A stretch of 57,994 bases of DNA, taken from positions 1 to 57,994 of the IMG/VR virus record IMGVR_UViG_3300034190_001214; one strand, given 5' to 3'. Shown here piece by piece: positions 28,001-37,122 of this stretch. Source of the stretch: a virus (Duplodnaviria > Caudoviricetes). The notes under the pieces were generated by a model. That model had not been told where the DNA came from and searched no databases. It saw only the letters and a program-made list of their open reading frames with translations. Made by a program: the position numbers and the translations under genes. How positions within the stretch are numbered: position 1 is the stretch's first letter; every line of letters begins with the position of its first letter.

Positions 28001-31000
28001 ACCTGTTCCAGAAAACGCTCTTGAAGCGAAATCAAAAGAATAACCTGTTATAGTATCTGTTGCGGTAACAGTTCCACTTGCCCCACCAATATCTGCGACT
28101 CTTGGTCTAAAGTCAAGAGAATCTCTTAAATCAAATAAACCACCTGGCTCTCTAGTATCTGGGTCAACACGAGTTGCTTTGTATATTGGTATGTCTTTAT
28201 AATCAATACCAGAATAAGAATCAACACTAAAGAAATCACCAGTACCATGTTCAAAGAAATCAAAGACTACAAGTAATCTTCCTACTGGTGCTGGAACACC
28301 AACCTTTCTAACAAGTCTTGATATATCATAGAAGTTATCTCTTTGACCATCATCTAAAACATAATTACTTGTTACAACACTCGCTCCTGCGGTTACGCCT
28401 GCGCCATCTATTGTAGCAGTTGCTCCAGAGGTTGCGCCTGTTACTTCTTCACTCGCTGAGAAATCTGTTGAAGTAAGAAGAACATATGATAATGGGTCTG
28501 TTGTTGTAATTAATATACCTTTTGCTCCAGATGTTCCACCTGTAATTGTTTCACCTCTTTGGAAAGTTCCTGTAATAGTTCCTATTGGTAATGCAGGTGC
28601 GGTAGCATCTGTACTTGCATCTGCTGCCTCGTAAACTGCGCGAAGTCTAAAACAATCTGCACGACCTAATGAAATTTCATTGTCAGTTGCGTCTGTTCCA
28701 TAAACATGACCAGTTGCTCCACCATTTAAAACTTTTACTTGTTTTGATGATTTAAGTGTTTTTGATTTTTCATTTGATACAGTTCTTGTTAATGTTGCGA
28801 GAACTTGTACTGAGAAATCTCCACTTGTTCCAAAAATAGTTGTTGATGTAATTGTTAAAGTACCTGTACCTGCTCCACCAACACTAACATTTGAACCTGT
28901 AATATCTACAATATCTCCTGCGTCACCACTACCACCTGTTCCATCTTTAACAATTCCTATTGTATAGTTTGCGTTTGTCGCTGATGCGAAAGTTTCATTC
29001 GCGCCTGCACTTAGACTTATAATACCAGATGAGTTTGGTGTTGAGGTAAATTGTCTTCTGATTGTGATTGTCGTGTCTGCGACACCACTATTAGTATCAG
29101 TTTTTAAAGTTTTAACTCTTTTCTTTTTAAGTTTTCTTAAAAGAACATTCTTAGTTTGTTCTTCTAGTTTAGCTCTTTTTCTTACAATGTTCGCAGATGT
29201 AACTACATCTGTTGAAGGTGCTGCGGTGAAAGATATTGCGGCAGATGTAACTCCATCTACTATTCTTTCCTCTGTTGTACCATCTCCTACTGGAATTACA
29301 AGAGTATCACCTACAATGACTTCTCCTGTATCAAAACCAGATATACCAATTAAATTATTAGTACCAGTTGTTTCTGTAATGTATGTACCAGAAAGTGTAA
29401 CTTCATCTGCAAGTTTTATATCTGCAGTGAAATCAACATTTGAACCACCAGTTGCGGCCATATGAGCTTGTTTAGCTTTTGAGAAATTATTTGTTACTAT
29501 TGCGGAAATAGTTAAATCTGTATTACCACTATTCTCAACTATTTGTGATGTTTCACTTGAGTTTGAAGAAGTAATTTTTTCTCCACTTGAGAATGTTCCA
29601 TTAACTGATACTAAAGTTAATCCTGTTCCACTAGTTGCTGCGAAAGCAAATCCAGTTGCGCCAGATGTAACACCTGTTATTTTTGAACCTGCTGCGATTG
29701 CTGGACTTGGTGTTCCATCCAATGTAATGGCGGTGAACATTTTTACATCAAAAAGATATAATCTGAATTCACTACTATTACCTGCGGTATCAGATAAGAA
29801 GTTTGTATTATCTGTTCCACTGATATGTTCAATCGCTCTCGCTCTTGCGACACCAATCTTTGTACCTGCTGCTGTTCCACGAGTTGAAGTTGCGGTATCA
29901 TGTAAGTTTACTGTATTATATGGTGTTACATTACTTGCGATGTTTGGAGAAACTTCTGGAATACTATGAACATTCGTAACCTTTACAAAGTTTCCAAGTT
30001 CTTGTACTGTGACTCCACCATTTAAATTTTCAAAACTTCTTGGTTTAGGAATATCAACAAATGTTGGTGCGACCTGTTCGATTTCATAACCACGAACATA
30101 CGCCTTTCCAGATGATATTTGTGCGGTGAGGAAATCATCACTTGCGGTATTACCATCATCAGTTGTTGTACCACTTGTATAGATACCATCATTTAAACCA
30201 TCATCTAATGTTTCTCTTAATTCAACACTAAATGATTTTGTACTATAATCTCCAGATTCATCGTAAGTTCTTCTTGCGAGATTATCACCTAGAACAGAAT
30301 ATTCAGTATTTCTAACTTGTTCTTGTATTATTCCGTTTTTAACTCTCATTAATTCAACGAAGTTAGTATCTTCTGTTGAACCTATTGCGAGTTTAGAAAG
30401 AGTCGCTGATATTTTTAATCTATGAGCACCTTTCGCTGCGTAATTATTTGTTCCAGTTGCGTTATCAAGAAGTTGTGAATCTGATTCTGGAGTTACCAGA
30501 GTTTCAGTAAGTGTTAAACCAATTCTATATGATGGTGTATCTGTATACTTGTCTAAAATAATTCTTTGTGTTCCAACACGAACGAAATGTCCACGAATAA
30601 AGTAAACACCTTGTTCTATACTTGCAGATGAACCTGTTGCGGTTGCGTCTGAGGATTGTAGTGTCGCTGATGCTGCGTCTGCGCTAAAAGAACCAATGAC
30701 TCCATCTGAAGAAATATTTTCTCCATTAGTGAATATTGCTGAAGTATTGTTAGTTCCTGTTTTTATATATTTAACAAATAGTGTAATAGGGTCAGTGCTT
30801 GTTCCTGCCTCGGCTTGAATAACCTCTGCGACAACACCAGAACTTGCTCCTGTAATTCTTGTACCTACATAGTCTTGGATATCACCTGCGATTGAAGAAC
30901 TAGAAAATGTTGATTGTAATTTTACTGCGAAAAATTCATTAGTAAATCCAATGTTACCTGGTATAACCATTGAACCTTCTTTAAACATATGTCTACCAAA

Positions 31001-31150
31001 TCTATCGATTTGATTTTGAAGAATGGTCTGTAGTGTTGTTAGTTCTCTAGCCTGTATTGCAAATGATGGTCTAAATAAAACACGATTAAAATTATCCGTT
31101 TCATCAAAGTCATCATAGTAAGGAGAGATATTTAAATTTGTTTTTTCCAT
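25010..31150 (-). CDS. Very large baseplate/tail structural protein (DUF4815 / VrlC-like)
   Basis: 2046 aa; NLNISPYYDDFD, VLFRP..IQARELT.LQ.ILQNQ, LARRTYDESGDY, YTMRDIGRLERR, RFKSGFVVDNF, DPLAQS, PRIKDFRAIALA. Confidence 0.85.
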   Translation of the reverse strand: MEKTNLNISPYYDDFDETDNFNRVLFRPSFAIQARELTTLQTILQNQIDRFGRHMFKEGSMVIPGNIGFTNEFFAVKLQSTFSSSSIAGDIQDYVGTRITGASSGVVAEVIQAEAGTSTDPITLFVKYIKTGTNNTSAIFTNGENISSDGVIGSFSADAASATLQSSDATATGSSASIEQGVYFIRGHFVRVGTQRIILDKYTDTPSYRIGLTLTETLVTPESDSQLLDNATGTNNYAAKGAHRLKISATLSKLAIGSTEDTNFVELMRVKNGIIQEQVRNTEYSVLGDNLARRTYDESGDYSTKSFSVELRETLDDGLNDGIYTSGTTTDDGNTASDDFLTAQISSGKAYVRGYEIEQVAPTFVDIPKPRSFENLNGGVTVQELGNFVKVTNVHSIPEVSPNIASNVTPYNTVNLHDTATSTRGTAAGTKIGVARARAIEHISGTDNTNFLSDTAGNSSEFRLYLFDVKMFTAITLDGTPSPAIAAGSKITGVTSGATGFAFAATSGTGLTLVSVNGTFSSGEKITSSNSSETSQIVENSGNTDLTISAIVTNNFSKAKQAHMAATGGSNVDFTADIKLADEVTLSGTYITETTGTNNLIGISGFDTGEVIVGDTLVIPVGDGTTEERIVDGVTSAAISFTAAPSTDVVTSANIVRKRAKLEEQTKNVLLRKLKKKRVKTLKTDTNSGVADTTITIRRQFTSTPNSSGIISLSAGANETFASATNANYTIGIVKDGTGGSGDAGDIVDITGSNVSVGGAGTGTLTITSTTIFGTSGDFSVQVLATLTRTVSNEKSKTLKSSKQVKVLNGGATGHVYGTDATDNEISLGRADCFRLRAVYEAADASTDATAPALPIGTITGTFQRGETITGGTSGAKGILITTTDPLSYVLLTSTDFSASEEVTGATSGATATIDGAGVTAGASVVTSNYVLDDGQRDNFYDISRLVRKVGVPAPVGRLLVVFDFFEHGTGDFFSVDSYSGIDYKDIPIYKATRVDPDTREPGGLFDLRDSLDFRPRVADIGGASGTVTATDTITGYSFDFASRAFSGTGSSTVDICQDGSNVVYDLDFYLGRKDSIFLNEKGEFKLIQGAPSENPTLPKAIDNAMKIADVFLEPFVVNVTEDTDFKKQINKRYTMRDIGRLERRLQNVEYYTALSLLEQDTQSFEITDENGLSRFKSGFVVDNFSGHRVGNPLHEDYSVSIDFENNELRPKYFMKGISLTEENTTDAERTSDGYQKTGDVVTLPYTHVASITQPYATRTEKVNPFLNFAFTGIVKLSPDGDEWFEVQQNPDIILQLNEGNFDTVFAQNENSIGTVWNAWETQWSGVTTTRQVTERDGRRQVNTTILEEAGLRTRGGVNTQVVEQIDVEVVNERVLSQALIPFVRARTVTFTATGMKPNTRVYPFFDKRSITAYVTPDGGSLGGNLTTDANGKVVGTFAIPNPTVAGNPRWRTGDINFRLTSSSTNTITAVDTVAQATYSAKGIFEVRERDIIGTRNARVEVTDVSQSVEVQRELARTSNTTWIDPLAQSIISESGVGEFLTKIDIFFSTKDATIPVTLQIREMDNGYPTRKVLPFGSVTLNPSSVSVDATNASSATTFTFDSPVFLAPNTEYAICLISDSDNYNVWISRQGEEDKGGRFVSTQPYLGVLFKSQNNSTWSAFDAEDLKFTAYRASFTTTSNGTLTLNNDAVPTVTLPVNALETTNSSNVIKVNHPNHQMHSTSNNVTISGVVATAGSAVNGIPISEINATHTAIGNIGIDSYTITVSSNATSTNVGGGSAIVATENAQFETFKTILPVLEFPQTNLTSKIKSTSGTSPSGTETSFSKVSTGVTFQLNENFYFDVPKLIASTINETNEMSGSKSLSLDLVLSTTDEFLSPYIDLDKKTFVAVANRLDNIDSSSDVYPTSEYVAPTEPSGDSNEAIYITRKVQLETPATALRVILDAHRPSTSEIQVMFKLLRSDEDTNFDDIGFTYFNTDGSPDETANPNSTIDDFTEYVYSAGKNDDGTGTSLDEFIGFAIKIRMQGTNSALPPRIKDFRAIALAT

Positions 31151-31163
31151 GTTATATCCTTAC

Positions 31164-32654
31164 TTAAAATTCTATTATCAACTTTATATCTTCTGTTTGG
31201 TCTGTCGCTCTTGAAATAGGTCTTCTAGTTTCGAAGTACATTAAGTCTCCACTATCTGGTTCTATTTCTTCATTCGCGAAACCATCCGTAAATGTTATTG
31301 TATTTCCACCTGTAAGTGTTACTGCGCTGTCAGCACCATCATCGGGTGCTCCTGTTGCTGATGAGGTTGCGCCTGTGATTGTGTTTGTTCCACTAAATGC
31401 TATTTTATCACCATCACTTGCGACTCCAAAATCTGTAAATTTTTCTTGTTGATAATAAAGAATACGATTTGTTGAATCATATTCTACAACTTTTCCTATC
31501 GCGCCTGTAGTCGCCTGAGTAATTTTCTCATCTGCTTGGAAAGTTCCTGCGCCACTTGCGAGTTTTATTGCTTTAACCGCTCGAAGTGTAGTTGCGGTAG
31601 AAATAGTTGTTGTCCCAAAGTTATATGGGTCTCTTACTAAACCTATTTGTCTAAAATCGTTACCTGTTAAGAAATCATCACCCTCTGCTGCGGTGAGAGT
31701 TGTATGTAACATAACATAATGTCCACCAAGTTCTTTAACTGCGTCATTACCATGTCCCTCTTGTGGAGAAATGATAACTTGTACCGCTCCGTTAGAACCA
31801 CTACCTACTGTTGTAGAAGAAGTTAATGCTGCGTCAGTATAAACATCTGTTAAATCAATTGTTCCAAAAGTATATCCAGTACCACCTGCGTGAATTGTTG
31901 TATCAGTTCCTGCGGTTAATCCAAATGAAGCGAGCGCTCCACCTGCGATTGTAATTCTTAAAATTCCACCAGATGATGTTCCTGCGTTTGAACCATCTCC
32001 ATGAATTGGTGCGTAGTATGTACCATTTGTATAACCAGACCCTGCGGTTACTATAACTGATTCTATTTTACCAGCCACTGCTGCGGTTGATACAGTACTA
32101 TCAGTTGCGACTGGCATAAAGTCAGTTGTTAAAAAGTTTTGAACTTGTGCAGTTGTTAATGTGTACATATATTTTAATATGTACCCACCAGATTCAAATG
32201 GTGTAGTAGATGTTGATGTTGGTTCACTTCCAGAAAAAGCAGTTCCACCATTATTATCTAAAACTTTATATACTTTAAAATCACTTGTCATAAAGTAAAA
32301 AGTTGAATCATAAAGGTTTGTTGCTCCAGAAGTTGTAGTGTTTGATGAACTTATATTATCTTCATACATATCGTATGTTGTTGAGTTAGCCCAGTTTCTT
32401 CTAGGAATAACATTAACAATATCTGAACTTGTTATTTTCTTAGCCGCTATCATACTATCCCATGCGTAATATTCTGAACTTACATCATCTACTGGAGTTG
32501 GTGGTGATAAATCTGTTCCACCACTTGTATCGGATGTAAATGCGATAGGTTTTCCTATTGTGAGATAATATGTTGTCGCAGATGTTTCACTGAATGATTC
32601 AGAGAATTGTTCTGCGTTGTGAATCCTAAATTTTTCTGTTATAATTGCGGCCAT
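31164..32654 (-). CDS. gp8: Baseplate wedge subunit
   Basis: MAAIITEKFRIHNA, IPRRNW, VYKVLDN, YILKYMY, FRQIGLVRDP, RRPISRATDQTEDIKLIIEF. Confidence 0.9.
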   Translation of the reverse strand: MAAIITEKFRIHNAEQFSESFSETSATTYYLTIGKPIAFTSDTSGGTDLSPPTPVDDVSSEYYAWDSMIAAKKITSSDIVNVIPRRNWANSTTYDMYEDNISSSNTTTSGATNLYDSTFYFMTSDFKVYKVLDNNGGTAFSGSEPTSTSTTPFESGGYILKYMYTLTTAQVQNFLTTDFMPVATDSTVSTAAVAGKIESVIVTAGSGYTNGTYYAPIHGDGSNAGTSSGGILRITIAGGALASFGLTAGTDTTIHAGGTGYTFGTIDLTDVYTDAALTSSTTVGSGSNGAVQVIISPQEGHGNDAVKELGGHYVMLHTTLTAAEGDDFLTGNDFRQIGLVRDPYNFGTTTISTATTLRAVKAIKLASGAGTFQADEKITQATTGAIGKVVEYDSTNRILYYQQEKFTDFGVASDGDKIAFSGTNTITGATSSATGAPDDGADSAVTLTGGNTITFTDGFANEEIEPDSGDLMYFETRRPISRATDQTEDIKLIIEF

Positions 32655-32678
32655 TTGTTATATTCCTTTAAATTATAT

Positions 32679-33710
32679 TTATACATCTTGTATTAACCAA
32701 CCATAAGTTGCGCCAGAATAAACAAGTGTAAATCCTGCTCCATTATTGTTTACAGTTAAGTCAGAAGCACTACCCTCAATTTTATGACTATTTCTACCAA
32801 CAGTTAAATTGTTTGTTGCGAAATTAGAAGCGAGGTCTTTAAATTTAATCGTGTGTCCTACACTCGCTGATGAAGGGAGAGTGACTGTAACTACTCCAGA
32901 ACTTGTATCAATGAACAAGAAATCACCTGCGGTCGCTGTGTATGGTGAGTCAGAATTTGTTTTTGTAGTCCAAGTATATGTTGGACTTGTAACTACTGGA
33001 CTTGTTAAAGTTTTATTTGATAAACTTTCTGAACCTGTAAGTGAAACAAAACTATCACTTTGTAACGCACTGTTAAATTCTGCGAGTGAACCTGTAACTG
33101 TATTACTTGCTAAATCAATGGTCTTATTTGTTAGAGTATCTGTTGTATCTTTACCAATCAGAGTATCAGTCGCTGATGGTAGAGTAAGTGTAACATCTCC
33201 AGTGGACGCCGGGCCTATTAAAGTTACTTTATTAGTACCATTATCACTGTCCTCAAAGAACTCCAAGAATCCTGCGGAAGTCGCTCCATTTTTTAATTGA
33301 ATACCAGCATTCGCTATAGGTGTAGTTAATGTTGGTGTTGTTAATACTTTATTAGTAAGTGTCTGTGAACCCGTAAGAGTTGCGACTGTTGAATCAATAT
33401 TAATTGTAAGTGTGTCTGTCGCACTTGCGACTGTATCAAGACCTGTTCCACCAGCGATAGTCATAGTGTTAGCGGTTGATATTGTTTGATTACTACCACT
33501 ATCACCTGCGAGTGTTATTGAAAAAGATTGACTTAACGAAGCGATATCACTTTCGTGTTCGTTAATCGCCCCTACGATATCTGTTGCGGTTGTGTTTAAC
33601 TGGTCACCTTGTGATGAACCTGTTACATTTCCAATATCAGTTGCGAGTTCATTAAACTCTACTCTAAATTGTTCTAATGTGAAAGTATTTGGTGCGTTTC
33701 TTGTTGCCAT
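32679..33710 (-). CDS. Fibre/whisker-like structural protein
   Basis: N-terminal TFTLEQFRVEFNEL, LTNKT repeats; C-terminal DTSSG.VTVTLP...TVGRNS.KI.G..DLTV domain shared with 35871-37091 and 51862-53817. Confidence 0.7.
   Translation of the reverse strand: MATRNAPNTFTLEQFRVEFNELATDIGNVTGSSQGDQLNTTATDIVGAINEHESDIASLSQSFSITLAGDSGSNQTISTANTMTIAGGTGLDTVASATDTLTINIDSTVATLTGSQTLTNKVLTTPTLTTPIANAGIQLKNGATSAGFLEFFEDSDNGTNKVTLIGPASTGDVTLTLPSATDTLIGKDTTDTLTNKTIDLASNTVTGSLAEFNSALQSDSFVSLTGSESLSNKTLTSPVVTSPTYTWTTKTNSDSPYTATAGDFLFIDTSSGVVTVTLPSSASVGHTIKFKDLASNFATNNLTVGRNSHKIEGSASDLTVNNNGAGFTLVYSGATYGWLIQDV
33175..33330 (-). repeat. Copy of a ~50-aa fibre module (TPIANAGIQLKNGATSAGFLEFFEDSDNGTNKVTLIGPASTGDVT); other copies near 36235-36395 and 36595-36750
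   Basis: Identical peptide at three loci with synonymous DNA differences; boundaries approximate. Confidence 0.85.
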
Positions 33711-33755
33711 TGTTTATTATTAATCCTTTTAACTATTTATCATACTTTGTATCAA

Positions 33756-34523
33756 TTACTTGAATATTTTATCAAAACCAAAAGGACAGCCAGGTTTTTC
33801 ATTTTCCGTTCTTAATTTTTTATAACCACCAGTCCATTTTGACATTATATGTAAATCTGATTGTTTTATTTTATAATTATCTTCTGGAGTTAATTCTCTA
33901 ATTTCAAGAGGTAGTTTGTCATTTCTTTTAAATGGAACATACCAAGCGAAAGGTGTTCCTCTAGGTATTGTTAATTCTTTTACACTTTTATCAAGTACAA
34001 AATTAACATTTGGTTGAAAGAATATGTCAGTATGAGAAGTTCCTACTAATGGAGTCCATTTGTTAAATTCCCAAAATAATGGTAGTTCAAATATTGACCA
34101 ACCTTTTGGAGCTATTACTCGCCAGGGGATTACTGCCTTACACAAAAAAGGATGATATTTACTATGAAAATCTGATGAAAGATGGTCACTTAATTGTGAC
34201 ATAGGATGTGTAATAAATGGAAAACGAGATAATTCTGTTCTGCCTGGAGTATCAAAATATACACTTTCTTTATCTACTCGAATATATAAATCAGTCCATA
34301 GTGGTAATATATATCCCCTATCATATAACTCTGGTATTACAGGACATTTTTTAAAAGTATTAAGGCCTCTTTCATCTGTTGTACTTGGTAAATTCTTCCA
34401 CCATTGTGGAATGAAATCCTTAGCGAGTTTTGGTTGTAGTTCTTTTATATTAGCCAAACCTGGTACTAAAGAAATGAATTCTAAACTTGGTTTTTTAAAC
34501 AGGTTCTTCAAAAACTTCATCAT
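33756..34523 (-). CDS. Hypothetical protein (TFKKCP...GYILPLW...PW...P.GWS family)
   Basis: Clean ORF; composition differs from flanking structural genes. Confidence 0.6.
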   Translation of the reverse strand: MMKFLKNLFKKPSLEFISLVPGLANIKELQPKLAKDFIPQWWKNLPSTTDERGLNTFKKCPVIPELYDRGYILPLWTDLYIRVDKESVYFDTPGRTELSRFPFITHPMSQLSDHLSSDFHSKYHPFLCKAVIPWRVIAPKGWSIFELPLFWEFNKWTPLVGTSHTDIFFQPNVNFVLDKSVKELTIPRGTPFAWYVPFKRNDKLPLEIRELTPEDNYKIKQSDLHIMSKWTGGYKKLRTENEKPGCPFGFDKIFK

Positions 34524-34629
34524 CTAATTCCTTAATATTATCAAACATAAAAATTATTCCATAATATTCATCTGTTTTTATTGTCTCTGTATATGTAATT
34601 TCTTGAATATCAACATCTATATCGAACAT
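34495..34629 (-). CDS. Possible 44-aa acidic peptide
   Basis: MFDIDVDIQEITYTETIKTDELYGIIFMFDNIKELDDEVFEEPV; fills the gap. Confidence 0.3.
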   Translation of the reverse strand: MFDIDVDIQEITYTETIKTDEYYGIIFMFDNIKELDDEVFEEPV

Positions 34630-34631
34630 AA

Positions 34632-35306
34632 TTAATATAAATTTATCCTAAAAATACTTATTGTATCTGAACCCCTAGTAAATGTACTACCAGTATCTTG
34701 ATATGGTGGTGTAAGTTTCGCACCATACGCTCTTACTTGTGTGTGACCTTCTGGAAAATCTGCGAATATATAACCAACATTATACGCCTCTTTAATCCAT
34801 GCGTTAAATGCGTTATGAGTATCTACTGCGACAGTTCCAGTTCCAGGTGTGTTCATAAACGCTGCTGTTTCAACTGACCACATATCAGATGGTGAAAGAT
34901 AATCACTACCGAAAACAGGAGCTTTTGGTGGAATAAGATTATACCAAAGACCAAATTGAGATTCTGGAATCCATATTAATCTACCAATTTGTAGTCCAGA
35001 TGGGTTGCTAAAAATATCTGGATATTTACCTGCGACAGTCCTAATCGTATCAATTTCAGATTCGACTGCGTGTCTTGGTTTTGGGTTTGTAGTATCTGTA
35101 TTTTCCTCACTCAATCCAATTGTTTTATTCGCATAAGTTACAACATTTGTATCTGGATTGTGTGTCGCTCCAATAATATCTAAATCACCAGATAGAGTTG
35201 AGTTCGCAATCCAGTCACTTGCGTTTGATTGTGAAGAAATCCATTCTGGTGTTTGGTCAACCACATTCATTACTATATTATTTTGTATTAGTGAATATTT
35301 TGCCAT
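34632..35306 (-). CDS. Hypothetical protein, possible partner of the upstream tip protein
   Basis: N-terminus MAKYSLIQNNIVMNVV resembles fibre-associated chaperone starts; closely spaced to the upstream gene. Confidence 0.55.
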   Translation of the reverse strand: MAKYSLIQNNIVMNVVDQTPEWISSQSNASDWIANSTLSGDLDIIGATHNPDTNVVTYANKTIGLSEENTDTTNPKPRHAVESEIDTIRTVAGKYPDIFSNPSGLQIGRLIWIPESQFGLWYNLIPPKAPVFGSDYLSPSDMWSVETAAFMNTPGTGTVAVDTHNAFNAWIKEAYNVGYIFADFPEGHTQVRAYGAKLTPPYQDTGSTFTRGSDTISIFRINLY

Positions 35307-35308
35307 GA

Positions 35309-35869
35309 TTATGTACCATCTATCTCCATTAATTGTATTCTACCATTTATTAAAGTTATTGAACCAACACTGGTTGTTCCTACTGATGTTTCTAAAAATT
35401 GTGTTTTATAAGTTGTTGATGAAGTTGTACTTGGTGAATCTAAATATTGAAAAGAAAGTGGTCTATGTAATTGAGTATGACCATGTAAAAATTCTGTCCC
35501 TGGATTAGTGTCAGCATATTTTTGAAAAAAAGAACCAAAAAGGTTAAATTCTTCTAATTGTGTTGAACCTCTTACAAGATTTACTTTTGCGTTATTCTCT
35601 CTATAAAAACTTGTAGTTTTTCCACTTTGAGTATATGATATTGCATCAACATCTGTACTTGCGTATGTAACTGTAACCAATATTTTATTAGCGGTATTCG
35701 CTGGTGTTATTGAAGCGCTTAAACCTGTATCTGTATAACTGTGACTTTGTGTATTTCTTGTCGCAGTATCAGTTCCTTCAACAACTTGTAATACTTTACC
35801 ACCACCTGCGGCAAGTCCAGTTAAATTTGAACCATCAAAATCGTATTTAATACTTTCATATGTTCCCAT
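35309..35869 (-). CDS. Putative small fibre-tip protein, family A
   Basis: MGTYESIKY; GKVLQVV, DTGLSASITP..KILV, LDSPSTTS..TYKTQ, LMEI. Confidence 0.6.
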   Translation of the reverse strand: MGTYESIKYDFDGSNLTGLAAGGGKVLQVVEGTDTATRNTQSHSYTDTGLSASITPANTANKILVTVTYASTDVDAISYTQSGKTTSFYRENNAKVNLVRGSTQLEEFNLFGSFFQKYADTNPGTEFLHGHTQLHRPLSFQYLDSPSTTSSTTYKTQFLETSVGTTSVGSITLINGRIQLMEIDGT

Positions 35870-35870
35870 T

Positions 35871-37091
35871 TTATTTCTCTATTAACAACCAACCATTTGA
35901 TGAACCAGAATACGCTAGTCCAAGACCAGCTCTTTCTGTGTTTACAGTGAGGTCGGCAGCATCTCCTTGTATTTTTTCTGAATTTCTACCGACAGTTAAT
36001 GCGTTACTATCAAAACTAGCGGTACTATCTATAAATCTTACCTCATCACCAACACTTGGAGACGCTGGTAAAGTTACTGTAACTGCGCCACCACTTGTAT
36101 CAACAAATATTAAATCTCCAGCGCTCGCCGTATATGGAGAGTCACTATTAGTTTTAGTAATCCATGTTCTTTTTGCATTTGTTAAAGTTTTATTTGTGAG
36201 TGTATCTGTTGTGTCTTTACCAACTAAAGTATCAGTCGCTGATGGTAAAGTTAATGTTACATCTCCAGTAGACGCTGGGCCTATCAGTGTAACTTTATTT
36301 GTACCATTGTCACTATCCTCAAAGAACTCTAAAAATCCCGCAGAGGTTGCGCCGTTCTTTAATTGTATACCAGCGTTTGCGATTGGTGTTGTTAATGTTG
36401 GTGTTGTTAATGTTTTATTTGTTAATGTTTCTGAACCTGTTAATGAAACAAAACTATCACTTTGTAATGCGGTATTGAATTCAGCAAGTGTACCAGATAA
36501 AGTATTTGAATCTAAGTCAATACTTTTATTTGAAAATGTAGTTGTACTTGAATCGGTTACACTAACATCTGATGTTAATGCGACAGTACCTGCGGTTGAA
36601 GGTAATGTGATTGTAACATCTCCAGTAGACGCTGGGCCTATTAAAGTAACCTTGTTAGTACCATTATCACTATCTTCAAAAAATTCTAGGAATCCTGCGG
36701 AAGTCGCTCCATTCTTTAACTGTATACCAGCGTTTGCGATTGGTGTTGTTAAAGTTTTATTCGTAAGTGTTTGTGTATGCGCCTCGAATACAAAAACATC
36801 ATCAGAACCTAGTAATGGTAATTCAACATTTCTATTTGCTGCGAGTTCATTGACTGTAAAATTGTAAGTATGGTCTTCGCTTGTATCTTTAATTTGAAAT
36901 GAGGCAAAAGATGTATTTGACAATGTTAAAGTTGTCGCTGTTGCTGTTATCGCACTTGTTAAAGTTGAACCATCTCCTAACTTTGTATATATTTCATTAA
37001 AGTTATCATTGATTAAGTCACCACCATCTCTAAGTGTAGACCCTGTTCCATCATTTGCGGTTGAACCAATGTTAATAGATTGTTTTGCCAT
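35871..37091 (-). CDS. Baseplate-attached fibre with gp9/gp10-type N-terminus
   Basis: MAKQSINIGSTANDGTGSTLRDGGDLINDNFNEIY is the T4 gp9/gp10 N-terminal motif; fibre repeats and shared C-terminal domain follow. Confidence 0.8.
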   Translation of the reverse strand: MAKQSINIGSTANDGTGSTLRDGGDLINDNFNEIYTKLGDGSTLTSAITATATTLTLSNTSFASFQIKDTSEDHTYNFTVNELAANRNVELPLLGSDDVFVFEAHTQTLTNKTLTTPIANAGIQLKNGATSAGFLEFFEDSDNGTNKVTLIGPASTGDVTITLPSTAGTVALTSDVSVTDSSTTTFSNKSIDLDSNTLSGTLAEFNTALQSDSFVSLTGSETLTNKTLTTPTLTTPIANAGIQLKNGATSAGFLEFFEDSDNGTNKVTLIGPASTGDVTLTLPSATDTLVGKDTTDTLTNKTLTNAKRTWITKTNSDSPYTASAGDLIFVDTSGGAVTVTLPASPSVGDEVRFIDSTASFDSNALTVGRNSEKIQGDAADLTVNTERAGLGLAYSGSSNGWLLIEK

Positions 37092-37109
37092 TTAATTGTC
37101 CTTTCCTAA

Positions 37110-37117
37110 TATTTATA
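37110..37117 (-). promoter_or_regulatory. Late promoter TATAAATA
   Basis: Exact consensus upstream of the gp9-like gene, AAGGA RBS. Confidence 0.75.
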
Positions 37118-37122
37118 ACACA

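Noticed and set aside
35860-36867. 335-aa + strand ORF and other + strand ORFs inside structural genes
   Set aside because: Antisense to well-supported genes; explained by the codon pattern of Thr/Ser/Gly-rich proteins.
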